Shown here piece after piece: positions 63,096-64,000 of a stretch of 64,000 nucleotides of DNA. The DNA is from Trypanosoma brucei (Eukaryota): contig CP000071.1 of assembly GCA_000002445.1 (NCBI GenBank), positions 384,001-448,000 on the forward strand. The letters run 5' to 3'. The position numbers and the translations under genes were made by a program. The notes beneath the pieces were generated by a model. The model was given only the letters and a program-made list of their open reading frames with translations, was not told the origin of the DNA and did no database searches. Position 1 is the first letter of the stretch, and each line of letters starts with the position of its first letter.

Positions 63096-64000
63096 AATAT
63101 TGGTTCAATTTTGTTTCTTTTTTGACTTCACTAACTAACCCCTTTTCCACTTGATGAGGTGGGTTCAGGAGCTCAAACCAAGAAAGCCATCAACTGGAAA
63201 CACGATTGGCGCATATCATGAAGGTAATGTGTTTGAAAAAGATGGTAAATCGAAAAGCCATACACCTATCAAGTTCGAGACGGACTGTCACCAGCTGGAG
63301 TTATAAATAACTCAATAGGCGCCAAAGTAGAAAAAAAGGATGGACGCGTGGAATTGAGGAAGTGACCCGAACGTAATTGCTTCGGTGTCCGTGTAAACAT
63401 CCTGTCTACAGAATTATTAACAGAGCTTCGACACTTATCTGGATCCCCTTGCTTGATACACGTAACAACTGCTGTTATTCGATAACGGGTACTCACGTTA
63501 ATTTGTTTTGTTTCTGCTCGATAAAGTGTGCTCTTTTTTCATGTCCTACAAATCTAAATAAAGACCAATGTGCTTTACCTGTTTACGTTAGCCATCTTAC
63601 AAATGAAATGCAAAAGAAACTTTGCATGTTATCATCAGTCACCATTACCGACAGAACAGTTGAAACTACGTGATATGACGATACAGCGCATGAGTCATAC
63701 TTTTTCTATTGTAAAGCAAGCAGCGAAACGTACAATATCATAGTCTAAAAATTTACTTCAAAGGAATTTGAAGATGTATTTCGAATCTGAACAACGATGG
63801 GGGATCAAAAAGACTTCTTGATTAGTTAAATATTAAGACTGTTCAACAGCTACGTAAGAAGCAGGAGCTTTTGTGGATGCCCATTCTCTCCCCCGATTCG
63901 TAGGGTTAACAAGAAGAGGGTCGATCCGCATGGTGTAGTAAATCCCTTTATCAGCAGTTGTTGACTTGAGATGGACCGCATTTACTCACAAGTACATAAA

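Noticed and set aside
1-64000. Prokaryote-style systems (CRISPR arrays, toxin-antitoxin pairs, defence islands, operons, IS elements) and kinetoplastid retroposons (ingi/RIME/SLACS), RHS or VSG-related sequences
   Set aside because: No direct-repeat/spacer arrays and no transposase-like or reverse-transcriptase-like ORFs. All long ORFs are housekeeping-type eukaryotic genes in a typical trypanosomatid polycistronic arrangement. Nothing in the sequence supports such elements.

Overview
This window reads as nuclear DNA from a trypanosomatid, most consistent with Trypanosoma brucei. The evidence is intron-less ORFs packed head-to-tail on one strand, polypyrimidine tract plus AG (trans-splice acceptor) signals upstream of start codons, abundant (TA)n/(CA)n microsatellites in the intergenic stretches, and an unusual neighbourhood: a tandem pair of ribosomal protein L7a genes next to an ADP/ATP-carrier-like mitochondrial carrier, a plasma-membrane-type Ca2+-ATPase, ETF-ubiquinone oxidoreductase and a giant dynein heavy chain. 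Nothing here is prokaryotic; there are no CRISPR arrays, operons or mobile elements. Bases 1 to about 61,512 form a single minus-strand polycistronic unit carrying 16 confident genes. A short GC-rich gap (about 61.5 to 62.0 kb) separates it from the first gene of a diverging plus-strand unit, an F-box-like protein at 62,031..63,095. That gap is therefore a divergent strand-switch region and a probable RNA polymerase II transcription start region. One caveat on the ORF track: it uses TTG/GTG as starts and omits edge-truncated ORFs. Several gene starts were therefore re-assigned to the first ATG downstream of a polypyrimidine/AG signal, and a truncated Ca2+-ATPase at the 5' edge was recovered by hand. 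The most interesting items are: (i) the 4,224-aa dynein heavy chain, whose motor core is intact in architecture but whose AAA1 Walker A and Walker B motifs are degenerate, suggesting a non-canonical or pseudo-motor dynein; (ii) a coiled-coil protein with eight near-identical 129-bp (43-aa) tandem repeats; (iii) the GC-rich divergent strand-switch region; (iv) tandem RPL7a copies identical exactly over the CDS but unrelated in their UTRs; (v) a 4.7-kb non-coding gap dense in microsatellites. No function was assigned where only composition was visible.
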